From: a virus | Taxonomy: Duplodnaviria > Heunggongvirae > Uroviricota > Caudoviricetes | Length of the DNA: 64,000 bases | Reading direction: 5' to 3' (one strand) | IMG/VR virus record: IMGVR_UViG_3300042322_000140 | Location: 64,228 to 128,227 of that record | In this document: one piece after another, positions 11,137 to 20,504 of the stretch | How the letters are laid out: each line of letters starts with the position of its first letter | Position numbering within the stretch: the stretch's first letter is position 1 | Notes under the pieces: generated by a model | Told to the model about the DNA's origin: nothing | The model's input: the letters and a program-made list of their open reading frames with translations, nothing else | The model's database searches: none | Program-made: the position numbers and the translations under genes

Positions 11137-11454
11137 TTATTCTATTATATTTCCTTTTAGATTAAATATTACTACTTTTTGTGTCCCTGTAGAATCTGTA
11201 CATCTTTCTGTAACTTTTTGGTTAATTGTTCCAAGCTTCTTATTGTCATAAGATACTGAAATCATAACACTATTTGGTTGTATTTCTACAGTTGGTGTTG
11301 TACACCCACATGTTTTAGACACAGATACATGCTCTACCTCTTCTAGCTTTATGTTTACTAGTGTGTTACCACCGTACTTTATCGTGCCGTATTCTATATT
11401 GTACTCTTGGTTTTTTACAACTTCTTTTAGTTGTGGACTTCCTGTGATTTTCAT
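11137..11454 (-). CDS. hypothetical protein
   Basis: 105-aa ORF in the operon. Confidence 0.4.
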   Translation of the reverse strand: MKITGSPQLKEVVKNQEYNIEYGTIKYGGNTLVNIKLEEVEHVSVSKTCGCTTPTVEIQPNSVMISVSYDNKKLGTINQKVTERCTDSTGTQKVVIFNLKGNIIE

Positions 11455-11468
11455 TTTTTTATTTTTGG

Positions 11469-11786
11469 TTATATATTATTCCATTTACCTTTAGGGCACA
11501 TGTTTTCTGGGTCCTCTTGAGAGCTTTTAAATATTAAGTTGCAAGTACAAACTGTACATATAGCATCTTCTGTTACTTTTACTCCCATTATGAAGTTTAG
11601 TATTTTATTTGCTCTAAACATAAATGTCTCTACAAGACTTAAGTCTAACTTATTATCAGAGTTGTAGGAGCAAGGTTTGCAAATACTTAATCTATTTTTT
11701 TGAGTTTCTGTGAGTACTTCGTTGTATTCTCTTCTACTCTTAATTGCTAACTTAGCTTTTTTTAAAATATTTAGCATGTTCTTCAT
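11469..11786 (-). CDS. Cys-rich (zinc-binding?) hypothetical protein
   Basis: 105 aa with CKPC...CTVCTC cysteine clusters. Confidence 0.4.
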   Translation of the reverse strand: MKNMLNILKKAKLAIKSRREYNEVLTETQKNRLSICKPCSYNSDNKLDLSLVETFMFRANKILNFIMGVKVTEDAICTVCTCNLIFKSSQEDPENMCPKGKWNNI

Positions 11787-12222
11787 TGTGTATAGTTTCT
11801 AAAATTTTCCAGTACTTATAAAAAGAGGGTACTATGTTTCTTTCAACATCCTCTTCTTTTTTTCTTATTGATATGTACAGTAAGGGTTTATTAAAGTTTT
11901 TTATATCATTACCTTCTGGCTTCTTTAAAATAGCTTTTAGATAATTTATCTTATTTGTTATATACTTGTAATGTAACAAATTACTCTTTGTTGTCAATGT
12001 GCATAATCCAAGATAATAGTTAAACCTCATTTTACCAAGGTTTGGGAAGTTTACTAAAACTAACTCATCATTTGTAGTTATTGACTTTTTTAAATAATTA
12101 ATATTATTCTTTATAATGTCAGCCAAAAGTACTTTATCTTTTCCGGTTCTTAATGAAAGCTCCTCTAATATATCTTCAATAAAACAAATTGGTTTATCAG
12201 CTTTTTTTGAAGGCAAGGACAT
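11752..12222 (-). CDS. hypothetical protein
   Basis: 156-aa ORF. Confidence 0.4.
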   Translation of the reverse strand: MSLPSKKADKPICFIEDILEELSLRTGKDKVLLADIIKNNINYLKKSITTNDELVLVNFPNLGKMRFNYYLGLCTLTTKSNLLHYKYITNKINYLKAILKKPEGNDIKNFNKPLLYISIRKKEEDVERNIVPSFYKYWKILETIHNEEHAKYFKKS

Positions 12223-12553
12223 ATATTTGCTTTTTGTTTTTTATAAAACTTTCTCTTACACTCTCCATATCTGGAGATAGTTTACTCATTCTCAAATTTT
12301 TCTCACTTGACATTAAATAGCCTTTCTCTCTTAAGTGTACATCTGCCACTCTAATATCACCATCTTTTTTTCCTGTATCTTCTTTTATAAACTCTTTGGT
12401 ATCCTTACTATAACCACTTCTTATATAGTAAACAAGTATAAGCCTCTCAAAATTTCTTAGAGAGACTTCTTGTGATATTGAGTAAACACGTAAGATCTTA
12501 TCTATAAGATCAATTTCGTTTTTGTATCTTGTTTTTAATGTTGGAAAACTCAC
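12197..12553 (-). CDS. hypothetical protein
   Basis: 118-aa ORF. Confidence 0.4.
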   Translation of the reverse strand: MSFPTLKTRYKNEIDLIDKILRVYSISQEVSLRNFERLILVYYIRSGYSKDTKEFIKEDTGKKDGDIRVADVHLREKGYLMSSEKNLRMSKLSPDMESVRESFIKNKKQIYVLAFKKS

Positions 12554-12616
12554 TGCTTATATATTTTATGCAAAGATACAAACTATTTTTGAATAATACA
12601 ACTTTTTAACAAAAAA

Positions 12617-12940
12617 TTAACTATATTTATCAACAATTTCTTTTATGTTTCTTGTCATGGGCTGTAACCTAAAGATGTTAAATAGAAAAGCTTCTGCGAT
12701 TCTAGATAGAACTCTTATTGTTAAGGCCGGGTGCATTTGATACAATCTATATAAATCAAATGTTAGGTTGCTGATAAAATCTTCATTTTCATCAAGGTAC
12801 GCTGTTGAAACTATCTTTTCAGATACATCTTCCCAGAGTACATCGTAAAATTCCTCGTATGTTAACTCTTGGAACTCGCTATAGGTAAAATCTTTTACTG
12901 ACATATTATATGGTTTTAGTTGCAAAATTACAAAAACCAT
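12617..12940 (-). CDS. hypothetical protein, first gene of minus-strand operon
   Basis: 107-aa ORF that starts next to the divergent control region. Confidence 0.4.
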   Translation of the reverse strand: MVFVILQLKPYNMSVKDFTYSEFQELTYEEFYDVLWEDVSEKIVSTAYLDENEDFISNLTFDLYRLYQMHPALTIRVLSRIAEAFLFNIFRLQPMTRNIKEIVDKYS

Positions 12941-12989
12941 TTGTAAAAAACAAATAAGTTAAAAAAATAGTTAATCAATTTGGAAATAA

Positions 12990-13080
12990 ATATAATAATT
13001 TTTATCTTTGCAAAAAGTTTTTTGATATTTGTTTTTTTTATTCAAATATTATTATTACCTTTGCAAAAAATATTTTTATG
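12990..13080 (+). promoter_or_regulatory. two tandem Bacteroidetes-type -7 boxes (TAtcTTTGcaaaaa, TAccTTTGcaaaaaa) reading rightwards into an ORF-free segment
   Basis: The sequence 'tatctttgcaaaaag' and 'tacctttgcaaaaaatat' match the TAnnTTTG -7 consensus. No ORF lies downstream for about 440 nt. Confidence 0.4.
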
Positions 13081-13081
13081 A

Positions 13082-13365
13082 CGTGTGGCTATCTTAAAAG
13101 ATTCACGTTGCGGTTTAACCACCTAAGCTAAATGGAAGAGGGCATTGCTATTGTAATGAAGACCGCCAGAGCATGGCTAGTTAAGGTTCTAGCCAATTTC
13201 ACAAATGTAGACAGATAAATAAAATACTCTGTCGAATAATCAATAAGGATTTCAGTGATAAATCAAAAAAACTTACAGCAGGCCTTTGGATTCGGTGTTT
13301 TTCCGCTGCTGGTCCTACTTACTTCCTCTTTCTTTATTAAAAGAGGGGGTAAGGGGGTGTTTTTA
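13082..13365 (+). ncRNA. candidate small RNA, or leader/origin-like structured segment
   Basis: ORF-free. Inverted repeats include ACGTGTGG...TTCACGT, CAGCAGG...CCGCTGCTG, and TCCTCTTTC...AAAGAGGGGG followed by GTAAGGGGGTGTTTTT, which is terminator-like. It lies downstream of the two promoters above. Confidence 0.3.
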
Positions 13366-13486
13366 CACATTGTAAAAAACATTTGTTGCGTTTTTACAGT
13401 TTGAACCACGTACATACAAAAACTGTAATTACCGCAACAGTAAATATTTATTAAAATAATAGTAATTATATTTTGTAGTTTAATAT

Positions 13487-13516
13487 TTTATTTGTATCTT
13501 TGCAAAAAATATAAGT
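13487..13516 (+). promoter_or_regulatory. promoter (TAtcTTTGcaaaaaa) for the helicase/recA operon
   Basis: 'ttgtatctttgcaaaaaatataagtATG' sits immediately before the 13517 start. Confidence 0.5.
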
Positions 13517-14896
13517 ATGTATAAATTAAGGGATTACCAAAGTAAAGCTATTACAGAAGGATTAAATATACTAAACAATACTAAAGCATCTAGAGAGTTA
13601 ATTGTACTTCCTACAGGTGCCGGTAAATCTATTGTTATAGCAGAGATTGTAAAGCAGTTAGGTGAGCCTATCGTGATATTACAGCCCTCAAAAGAGTTGC
13701 TTGAACAGAACTATCAGAAATTTATTAATGTTGGCGGTAACGCTTCAATTTACTCAGCTTCCGCTGGGTGTAAAGAATTAAGTAATGTTACTTTTGCAAC
13801 AATAGGCTCGATAAAAAAGGCAGTCAATGAATTAAAAAAGCTTAAAGTGACCAAAATAATTATTGATGAGTCACACATTGGAGTTAAGGGAGGTTCTCAA
13901 CTAAGATTATTTTTAAATAGCCTTGGTATAACTAATGTTTTAGGACTAACAGCAACACCCTTTATACTAGCTAGTACAATGAATGGTGCCGAACTAAAGA
14001 TGCTTACAAAGATAAAGAGTAAACTTTTTACTAATATATCTTACGTTGAGCAAATACATAGTATGTTAGATAATAGGTATTGGACACCTTTAGAGTATAG
14101 AGTTGTAGAACAAGACGACACTTTTTTAAAAATAAACTCTTCTGGATCAGATTACACAGAGGATAGCATGCAGAGTTTTTACGAGAATAATGATTTACAA
14201 TCACAAATAGTAGATAATGTTGAGCATTGTATTAGTGAGGGTTCAAAATCAATACTTGTATTTGTACCAACAATAGAAGAGGCTGATAGACTAGCTTCTA
14301 GAATAACTAATTCTAAGTCTGTAAGCTCTTTGACAAATAAAAAAGAAAGAGACGATATTATCAATGGTTTCAAGAATGGGCAAATAAATGTTGTGATAAA
14401 CGTAGGTATTTTAACTACAGGCTTTGATTACCCGGAATTAGAAACTATTATATTAGGTAGATCAACAATGTCTTTTGCTTTATACTATCAAATGATAGGT
14501 AGAGGTGTAAGAATACACGATAATAAGAATAAAACTGTTGTTATTGACCTTAGTGAGAACTATAATAGATTTGGGAAGGTTGAAGATTTTACTGTTGATT
14601 TTGTAGAGGGTTATGGATGGGGGTTATTCAAAGGAGAGAGCTTAATAAGCAATTATCCAATAGAAGCTAAACACAGACCAACAAAAGCGAATCTAGTAAA
14701 AAAGAAAAATATAGCAGTGCCTGTACTACAAGTAGGAAGCAATAAAATGCCTTTTGGTAAATATAAAGACTTTATGCTGCTTGATATTTTAAAGAAAGAC
14801 AAAGGTTATTTAGTTTGGATGTACGAAAAGTTTACTTTTTACCCTAATCAAAAATGGCTTAAGCTAGAAATAGCCACTTTGTTAAATTTATCATAA
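13517..14896 (+). CDS. SF2 DEAD/DEAH-box DNA helicase with C-terminal MPFGKYKD (DUF3820-like) tail
   Basis: Walker A LPTGAGKS; motif II IIDESH; helicase C-domain motifs (TTGFDYPE, YQMIGRGVR); C-terminal MPFGKYKDFMLLDIL...YLVWM. Confidence 0.75.
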   Translation: MYKLRDYQSKAITEGLNILNNTKASRELIVLPTGAGKSIVIAEIVKQLGEPIVILQPSKELLEQNYQKFINVGGNASIYSASAGCKELSNVTFATIGSIKKAVNELKKLKVTKIIIDESHIGVKGGSQLRLFLNSLGITNVLGLTATPFILASTMNGAELKMLTKIKSKLFTNISYVEQIHSMLDNRYWTPLEYRVVEQDDTFLKINSSGSDYTEDSMQSFYENNDLQSQIVDNVEHCISEGSKSILVFVPTIEEADRLASRITNSKSVSSLTNKKERDDIINGFKNGQINVVINVGILTTGFDYPELETIILGRSTMSFALYYQMIGRGVRIHDNKNKTVVIDLSENYNRFGKVEDFTVDFVEGYGWGLFKGESLISNYPIEAKHRPTKANLVKKKNIAVPVLQVGSNKMPFGKYKDFMLLDILKKDKGYLVWMYEKFTFYPNQKWLKLEIATLLNLS

Positions 14897-14957
14897 AAAT
14901 TTGCATAATATAAAAGTTTTTTGTATCTTTGCATATAATTTAAAAAGTAAGTAAGAA

Positions 14958-15941
14958 ATGGCAGAAGAAAAAGACCCTTTATTAGATGTTTTAGCTAGTA
15001 TGGATAAAAGATTCGGAAAAGGTGCGGTTATTGTAGGAGACACTGTTATACAGACAGAAAGACAAAGTACTGGATCATTAGGTGTAGATATAATCACCGG
15101 AGGTGGTTGGGGAAAAGGGAGAATGGTTGAGATTTACGGCCCTGAAAGCTCAGGTAAAACTACACTATGTATCCATACAATGATACAAGCTCAGATAGAT
15201 AGCCCAGATAAAAAAGTAGCTTTTATTGATGCCGAACATGCTTTTGATAGAAATTATGCAGAGCACCTTGGATTAGATATGTCACAGGTAATTATATCAC
15301 AACCAGATAGCGGAGAACAAGCTCTTGAAATAGCAGAGGCTTTGATTGCATCAGGTAAAATATCAGTTTGTGTTATTGACTCTGTTGCCGCATTGACACC
15401 AAGAGCAGAAATTGAAGGAGAAATGGGGGATTCTAAAATGGGGTTACATGCTAGACTAATGTCACAAGCTTGTAGAAAATTGACTGGAGTAGTAAGTAAA
15501 ACAAACACAGTGCTTCTTTGGACAAACCAAATTAGGATGAAAATAGGTGTAATGTTTGGTAGCCCAGAAACAGTTCCTGGTGGAGAAGCTTTGAAATTTT
15601 ATGCATCTACCCGAATTGACATTCGTAAAAGCAAAGGGGATGAAGATAAAGACGGAAATATTATCAACAGCCACGTAAAAGTAAAAACCATTAAGAATAA
15701 ATTAGCACCCCCTTTCCAAGTAACTAAGTTTGATATTGTTTTTGGAGAAGGTATTGACAGATCTAGTGAGATTTTAGCTATTGGCGAAGATATTGGAATA
15801 ATAGAGAAAAAAGGATCTTGGTTTAATTACGGAGAAACTAAGTTAGGCCAAGGAGGAAACAATGTAAAACAGTTACTTTCTGATAACCCTGAGTTATCTG
15901 AGGAAATTGAAAATAAGATTAGAAAATATTTTAATATCTAG
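14958..15941 (+). CDS. recA: RecA recombinase (bacterial-type)
   Basis: Near-canonical RecA N-terminal and P-loop: KRFGKGAV...TGSLGVDI..GGWGKGRMVEIYGPESSGKTTL; length 327 aa. Confidence 0.9.
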   Translation: MAEEKDPLLDVLASMDKRFGKGAVIVGDTVIQTERQSTGSLGVDIITGGGWGKGRMVEIYGPESSGKTTLCIHTMIQAQIDSPDKKVAFIDAEHAFDRNYAEHLGLDMSQVIISQPDSGEQALEIAEALIASGKISVCVIDSVAALTPRAEIEGEMGDSKMGLHARLMSQACRKLTGVVSKTNTVLLWTNQIRMKIGVMFGSPETVPGGEALKFYASTRIDIRKSKGDEDKDGNIINSHVKVKTIKNKLAPPFQVTKFDIVFGEGIDRSSEILAIGEDIGIIEKKGSWFNYGETKLGQGGNNVKQLLSDNPELSEEIENKIRKYFNI

Positions 15942-15943
15942 AT

Positions 15944-16405
15944 ATGTCGGTACACAACTGGATCCATAACGGGTATGACATTAATAGTATAGCAGATATG
16001 CAAAGGCATTGCCCCAAAGTGTGGGGCTTTGTCTATAAGCTTACCCTATACAAGAAAGGTACAAAGTCTGTAGAGTTTGAGTACATAGGTAAAAAGAATG
16101 TATACTCTAAAAGAAAAAGAGTCTTTGGAAAAAAAGAAACAGAAGCATTAGGTGACAAACGTAAGAAAAATTATGAACACGTTATTAAAGAAGCCGATTG
16201 GAAACTATACGTATCGAGTAATAAGTTCATAAAACTAAACAGTTCAAAATTTGATATTTCTAGAGAGATTTTATGTTTTTCTACAAACGATAATGATTTG
16301 ACTTACCAAGAAGCAAAAGAAATAATCTGCTCAGGGGCACTAGAAGACTGTAGATTTCTAAATGATGGGGTATCAATTCGTAGATTTGGTAAAAAAACTT
16401 TATAA
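15944..16405 (+). CDS. GIY-YIG endonuclease-like protein (possible homing endonuclease)
   Basis: WGFVYKLT...YIGKK motif pair typical of GIY-YIG. 153 aa. Abuts the recA stop. Confidence 0.45.
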   Translation: MSVHNWIHNGYDINSIADMQRHCPKVWGFVYKLTLYKKGTKSVEFEYIGKKNVYSKRKRVFGKKETEALGDKRKKNYEHVIKEADWKLYVSSNKFIKLNSSKFDISREILCFSTNDNDLTYQEAKEIICSGALEDCRFLNDGVSIRRFGKKTL

Positions 16406-16460
16406 AAATTTGGTAGTTTAAAATATTTTTTGTACCTTTGCAAAGAATTAAAAAATAGAT

Positions 16461-16643
16461 ATGAGCGAAGAAGTAAAATTCACTTATTACTTAGACAGTA
16501 AAGAGGTAGAAAGACATTCTATAAACTGGGAGTCAAATATAACGGTTAAAGTAGTACTAGACAAAGTTTATATTACCCCACTAGCAGAGGGGCATTTATC
16601 TACTAGACACAAAGCAAGAAAAGAATATTTAATTAAAAAGTAA
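16461..16643 (+). CDS. hypothetical small protein
   Basis: 60-aa ORF after the promoter 'tacctttgcaaagaa'. Confidence 0.4.
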   Translation: MSEEVKFTYYLDSKEVERHSINWESNITVKVVLDKVYITPLAEGHLSTRHKARKEYLIKK

Positions 16644-16646
16644 AGT

Positions 16647-17051
16647 ATGAGTGAATTTATAGACCTTACTGTTATTACAATGAGGCTAAAAAAAGAAGTA
16701 AAAGATAATATTACAAAATCTTTTATGAAAGGTATTGGTGGAGGAAGTCAATCTAAAGACTCCTATGGCAGAGATGCCGATTTTTATAGGGATCTTGGTA
16801 TAGATCCACCAGAAGAATTTGAAGATGGGCCAGAAGCTTCTCAATTTAAAGTTGATGAAGATGATATGGAGAAGTTAGAAAGCCCTGCTAGATTTAGGCT
16901 AGATAGCTTAATATTCTTTGTGGCAGGAGAAAAAGAAGGCTCTACAATTTATTTAGATATAGACTACAGAGCATCTGTAAAAGAAACAGTAAAAGAGATT
17001 GAAGCAAAAATTAATAAGTTAAGTAAAAAAAGTAAAGATGGCGTTAAGTAA
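16647..17051 (+). CDS. hypothetical acidic protein
   Basis: 134-aa ORF. Confidence 0.45.
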   Translation: MSEFIDLTVITMRLKKEVKDNITKSFMKGIGGGSQSKDSYGRDADFYRDLGIDPPEEFEDGPEASQFKVDEDDMEKLESPARFRLDSLIFFVAGEKEGSTIYLDIDYRASVKETVKEIEAKINKLSKKSKDGVK

Positions 17052-17787
17052 AAATTATTTACAGTTAGAGTTTGGATCAGGTCATTTTTTTGACTATTCA
17101 AAAGAAGAAAAAGATGGATATGTAAAGCACGTATCAACAAAAGGTAACACAAGTTACAGAAAGTATTACAAAGACGGAGTAGAAGGAGTATTAGACTCTA
17201 TCTCTATTTATGATGGGAAGTTTGGACAACAGATTTCTATTAGTCTAAAAAAAGAAGACGAGATCTTCTATTTACCAGTTGCTATTTATGACCAAAAGGG
17301 CCAAGTAGACAACACGTATGCTGAGAGTTTAATTAAACTTTTGCCTAAATTGGAAAAAGGACAAAACTTGACAGTTCAAGGCTACAACTTTAAACCAGAA
17401 GACAGCCCTTACTCTAAAATTGGATTTAGCATAAAAGCTAGTGGTGAAAAATTAAAATCAGACATCACTAATAGCTATTACAAAGATGGAGAACTAGTTC
17501 CTGGAGACGTTCCTGCTATTGTGTGGGTAGAAAAACTTGGAAAAAAGAAACCATCAGCTGCCTCTATCGAAGCTAAAGATGCTTATCTTTTAGAGTTGTT
17601 AGAAACAGAAGAAAAAAGACTAACTTGGAAAAAGGATGAAGCTGCCGATACAAATAGTACTGCACAAGCACCTAAACCAGAGCCAGTTAAAGCTGAACCA
17701 AAATCGGTACCGACAGCTACTGCAGAACAAGCATTTGAACCAGTTCCTACATCATTAGAAGAGGACGATGACGATTTACCATTTTAA
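17038..17787 (+). CDS. SSB-like protein with bacterial-SSB-type C-terminal tail (…EEDDDDLPF)
   Basis: 249 aa. Flexible Pro/Ala/Glu-rich linker followed by DDDDLPF at the extreme C-terminus (compare bacterial SSB DDDIPF and T7 gp2.5 acidic-Phe). It lies between recA and the chaperonin genes. The N-terminal fold could not be assigned. Confidence 0.5.
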   Translation: MALSKNYLQLEFGSGHFFDYSKEEKDGYVKHVSTKGNTSYRKYYKDGVEGVLDSISIYDGKFGQQISISLKKEDEIFYLPVAIYDQKGQVDNTYAESLIKLLPKLEKGQNLTVQGYNFKPEDSPYSKIGFSIKASGEKLKSDITNSYYKDGELVPGDVPAIVWVEKLGKKKPSAASIEAKDAYLLELLETEEKRLTWKKDEAADTNSTAQAPKPEPVKAEPKSVPTATAEQAFEPVPTSLEEDDDDLPF

Positions 17788-17817
17788 TAATTATAAATAA
17801 ACCAAAATTTTAAGACA

Positions 17818-18084
17818 ATGTCAAAAGAAAACAAAATTTCAGAAGAGCATTTAGTAACAGTAAAGGAATTTACTAACTTTTTTGCAAACGCAAAATTAGC
17901 ATTAGGTGATGCTACGCTTAGATACGAGACAGATAAAACTAGTATCTTATCTCAAACAAAAGCTAAAGACGAAGAGTTCGTAAGCTTCCAAAAAACTTTA
18001 GAAGAATCTTACGGAAGAGTAAACATTAATATCGAAACTGGTGAATACACTCCAGTAGAAGAGAAAGTTACAAAAGGAGAATAA
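17818..18084 (+). CDS. hypothetical protein
   Basis: 88-aa ORF. Confidence 0.45.
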   Translation: MSKENKISEEHLVTVKEFTNFFANAKLALGDATLRYETDKTSILSQTKAKDEEFVSFQKTLEESYGRVNINIETGEYTPVEEKVTKGE

Positions 18085-18087
18085 TAC

Positions 18088-18495
18088 ATGGAAGCAGAAG
18101 TAAAAAACCCAATGAATTACGGTTACTTAGGTGACGAACAGATTACAATCTCAGCAAGAGAGTTTATGATGATGAAAGCGGCTGTTGAGCATGGTATCAA
18201 CGCTACATCTGAGAGCTACATGCCAGAAATCTTGAAGTATGTAAATACTGAGGACTCTTCATTTGTTGAAAACCCTAGTGATGAAGACTTAGCATCAGGT
18301 AAAGTAGTACCGGTTACAGATAGAGAGGCTACCTTCAATCCTAGAAATGTTAAGTTTAAGTATTCTACTAAACTTACACCGGATATGGTAGAGGCCCAAC
18401 AACTTATTCTAGAAATTCACACTAGAAATGTTGAAATGGGGAATGCTAAGTCTAAAGAGGAATTAGAAGAAGCTAGCAAAGCGAAAGCAAATTAA
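18088..18495 (+). CDS. hypothetical protein
   Basis: 135-aa ORF. Confidence 0.45.
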   Translation: MEAEVKNPMNYGYLGDEQITISAREFMMMKAAVEHGINATSESYMPEILKYVNTEDSSFVENPSDEDLASGKVVPVTDREATFNPRNVKFKYSTKLTPDMVEAQQLILEIHTRNVEMGNAKSKEELEEASKAKAN

Positions 18496-18500
18496 AAGTT

Positions 18501-18809
18501 ATGAATAGCGAGCAATTACTTTCGGCATACCTAAAGCGAAGCTTAGCTGCAGTTAAACAACAATTAGGAGAGGCATGTACTTACCTCTCCTTTTCTAAAG
18601 AAAAGGCAGTTAATCAAAAAACTGGTATTTTGGAAGAGTATGACGCTTTTACTGCACAGATTAAAAACGAGTTTGGAGGAAAAGACAAGATAGTATACCG
18701 TATAGACAAACCTTTATTTTTATTAGAGGCAACTGATTTTAAAACGCTATTGTATAACTTAAATGAAAAAACATATGAGCGAGGAGATTCAGATACAGAA
18801 ACAATATAA
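18501..18809 (+). CDS. hypothetical protein
   Basis: 102-aa ORF. Confidence 0.45.
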   Translation: MNSEQLLSAYLKRSLAAVKQQLGEACTYLSFSKEKAVNQKTGILEEYDAFTAQIKNEFGGKDKIVYRIDKPLFLLEATDFKTLLYNLNEKTYERGDSDTETI

Positions 18810-18964
18810 CTCTTTCAAGGAGTCAGGAGATTTAAAAATGTTATTTCCTGGACTTTCAGGGAATTGGGAAAAAGATAAAGCAAGATTTATAAGAATTTGG
18901 GGAGAGCACCAAAGATTACTAAAAGAAGCAAGTGCATTTAACTCAGATAAAAACTAAAAAATAA

Positions 18965-20503
18965 ATGTTAAAAATAGGAAAAGAAGCTAAGGAGTCCCTG
19001 ATTAGGGGTATAAATACAGTTTCAGATGCAGTCAAGACCACAATGGGTGCAGAAGGTAAAACTGTTATTATAGAAAATAAGATGGGCTTTAAACCTCATA
19101 TTACTAAGGACGGAGTAACAGTTGCGGAGAGTATTCACTTAGAAGACGCATATGAAGAGCTTGGAGCCAAGCTTATCAAAGAGGCAGCAAGAAGAACTGT
19201 AGACTTAGTAGGAGATGGTACAACAACAGCCACTGTTATCACACAAGAGTTGATAAACAAGGGTATTGAAAAATTAGATTCTGGAATATCTCACGTAGAA
19301 TTAAGAGAAGGCATGGCCATAGCTCTTGAGGATGTTAAGCTAGCTTTGAAATCTTTAAAAAAAGACGTAGGAGAAAAAGAAGTAAAACAAATAGCTACTA
19401 TATCTGCAAACAATGACGTAATTGTAGGGGGGATTATTGCAGATGTATACAAAAAAATTGGAGTAGACGGAACGGTTGATGTACAAGAGGGGGTAGCAAA
19501 AGATACTACAGTTAACTATATTGAAGGTATGTCTTTAGACAGAGGTTGGGCCTTACCACATTTTATATCAGATTCAAGTACAGCAACAGCTGAAATTAAT
19601 GATACATATATCTTGATTTATGACGGTAAGATCAACGCAGTTAATGATATTGCAGAGCATGTAAGAAAAGCTCAATCAGAAGGTAAAGGTTTACATATAT
19701 TTGCAGAAGATTTAGATGAAGGTGTAATGACAATGCTTGTAAAGAGCAAAATGCAAGGAACATTTAGAGTTACTGTAACGATGAACCCAGACTTTGGTGC
19801 AAATAGAACGAGTATCCTTGAGGATCTCGCTATTTTCACAGGGGCTCAAGTCTTCACCCCCAAATTTTCGACAAAGGTTGTTCTGGGGTATGCAGTAAAA
19901 ACCATCTCTGATAAAAGCAGAACAGTTATTATTACAGATACGGGCAGCCAAGAACTTTTAGATAGAATTGAAGAGTTAAAGACACAGGTAGAAAACACTG
20001 AAGATGTTGTAGATAAAGGCAAGCTAGTAAAAAGATTATCAAATCTTAGAAATGCCGTAGCAATTGTAACAGTTGGTGGTGTAACAGACCTGGAAGTAAA
20101 AGAAAAGAAAGATCGGATTGACGATGCAGTAAGTGCAGTTAAATCTGCGTTAGAGGGAGGTTATGTAGCAGGAGGAGGATCAACATTATTGTTTATTTCC
20201 AAGTATAGAATGAAGAAAAAGTTGAAAGGCGGCAAAAAGGATGGTTACGAGTTGGTAAAAGCAGCTATACAAAAACCATTCGAACAAATTTTAGCAAATG
20301 CAGGCTTAGAAAAAGACAAATACGAGCCAAGACTAAGAGTATATGGAAAAGGCATTAACGTTAAGTCAAGAAAGGTAGAAAATTTACTAGAAAAAGGAGT
20401 TATAGACTCTGCAAAAGTAGTAGAAGTCTCCCTAGAAAATGCAACTTCAGTGGCATCTCTAGTTTTACAAACAGATTGTATAATAACAAGCACAGGACTA
20501 TAA
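18965..20503 (+). CDS. groEL: GroEL-family chaperonin (Cpn60) homologue
   Basis: N-terminus aligns by eye to GroEL: GINTVSDAVKTTMGAEGKTVII...PHITKDGVTVAESIHLEDAYEELGAKLIKEAARRTVDLVGDGTTTATV, plus EGMSLDRGW. 512 aa, with no GGM tail. Confidence 0.85.
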   Translation: MLKIGKEAKESLIRGINTVSDAVKTTMGAEGKTVIIENKMGFKPHITKDGVTVAESIHLEDAYEELGAKLIKEAARRTVDLVGDGTTTATVITQELINKGIEKLDSGISHVELREGMAIALEDVKLALKSLKKDVGEKEVKQIATISANNDVIVGGIIADVYKKIGVDGTVDVQEGVAKDTTVNYIEGMSLDRGWALPHFISDSSTATAEINDTYILIYDGKINAVNDIAEHVRKAQSEGKGLHIFAEDLDEGVMTMLVKSKMQGTFRVTVTMNPDFGANRTSILEDLAIFTGAQVFTPKFSTKVVLGYAVKTISDKSRTVIITDTGSQELLDRIEELKTQVENTEDVVDKGKLVKRLSNLRNAVAIVTVGGVTDLEVKEKKDRIDDAVSAVKSALEGGYVAGGGSTLLFISKYRMKKKLKGGKKDGYELVKAAIQKPFEQILANAGLEKDKYEPRLRVYGKGINVKSRKVENLLEKGVIDSAKVVEVSLENATSVASLVLQTDCIITSTGL

Positions 20504-20504
20504 T

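Noticed and set aside
13080-13133. 17-codon ATG ORF (MTCGYLKRFTLRFNHLS) right after the promoter at 13075.
   Set aside because: It is too short and has no conserved start context. The segment is better explained as structured non-coding RNA or DNA.
18763-18957. 64-aa ORF overlapping the end of 18501..18809 in another frame.
   Set aside because: It overlaps the preceding gene by 47 nt and is K/E-rich low complexity. It was not listed, although a real small gene starting further in cannot be excluded.
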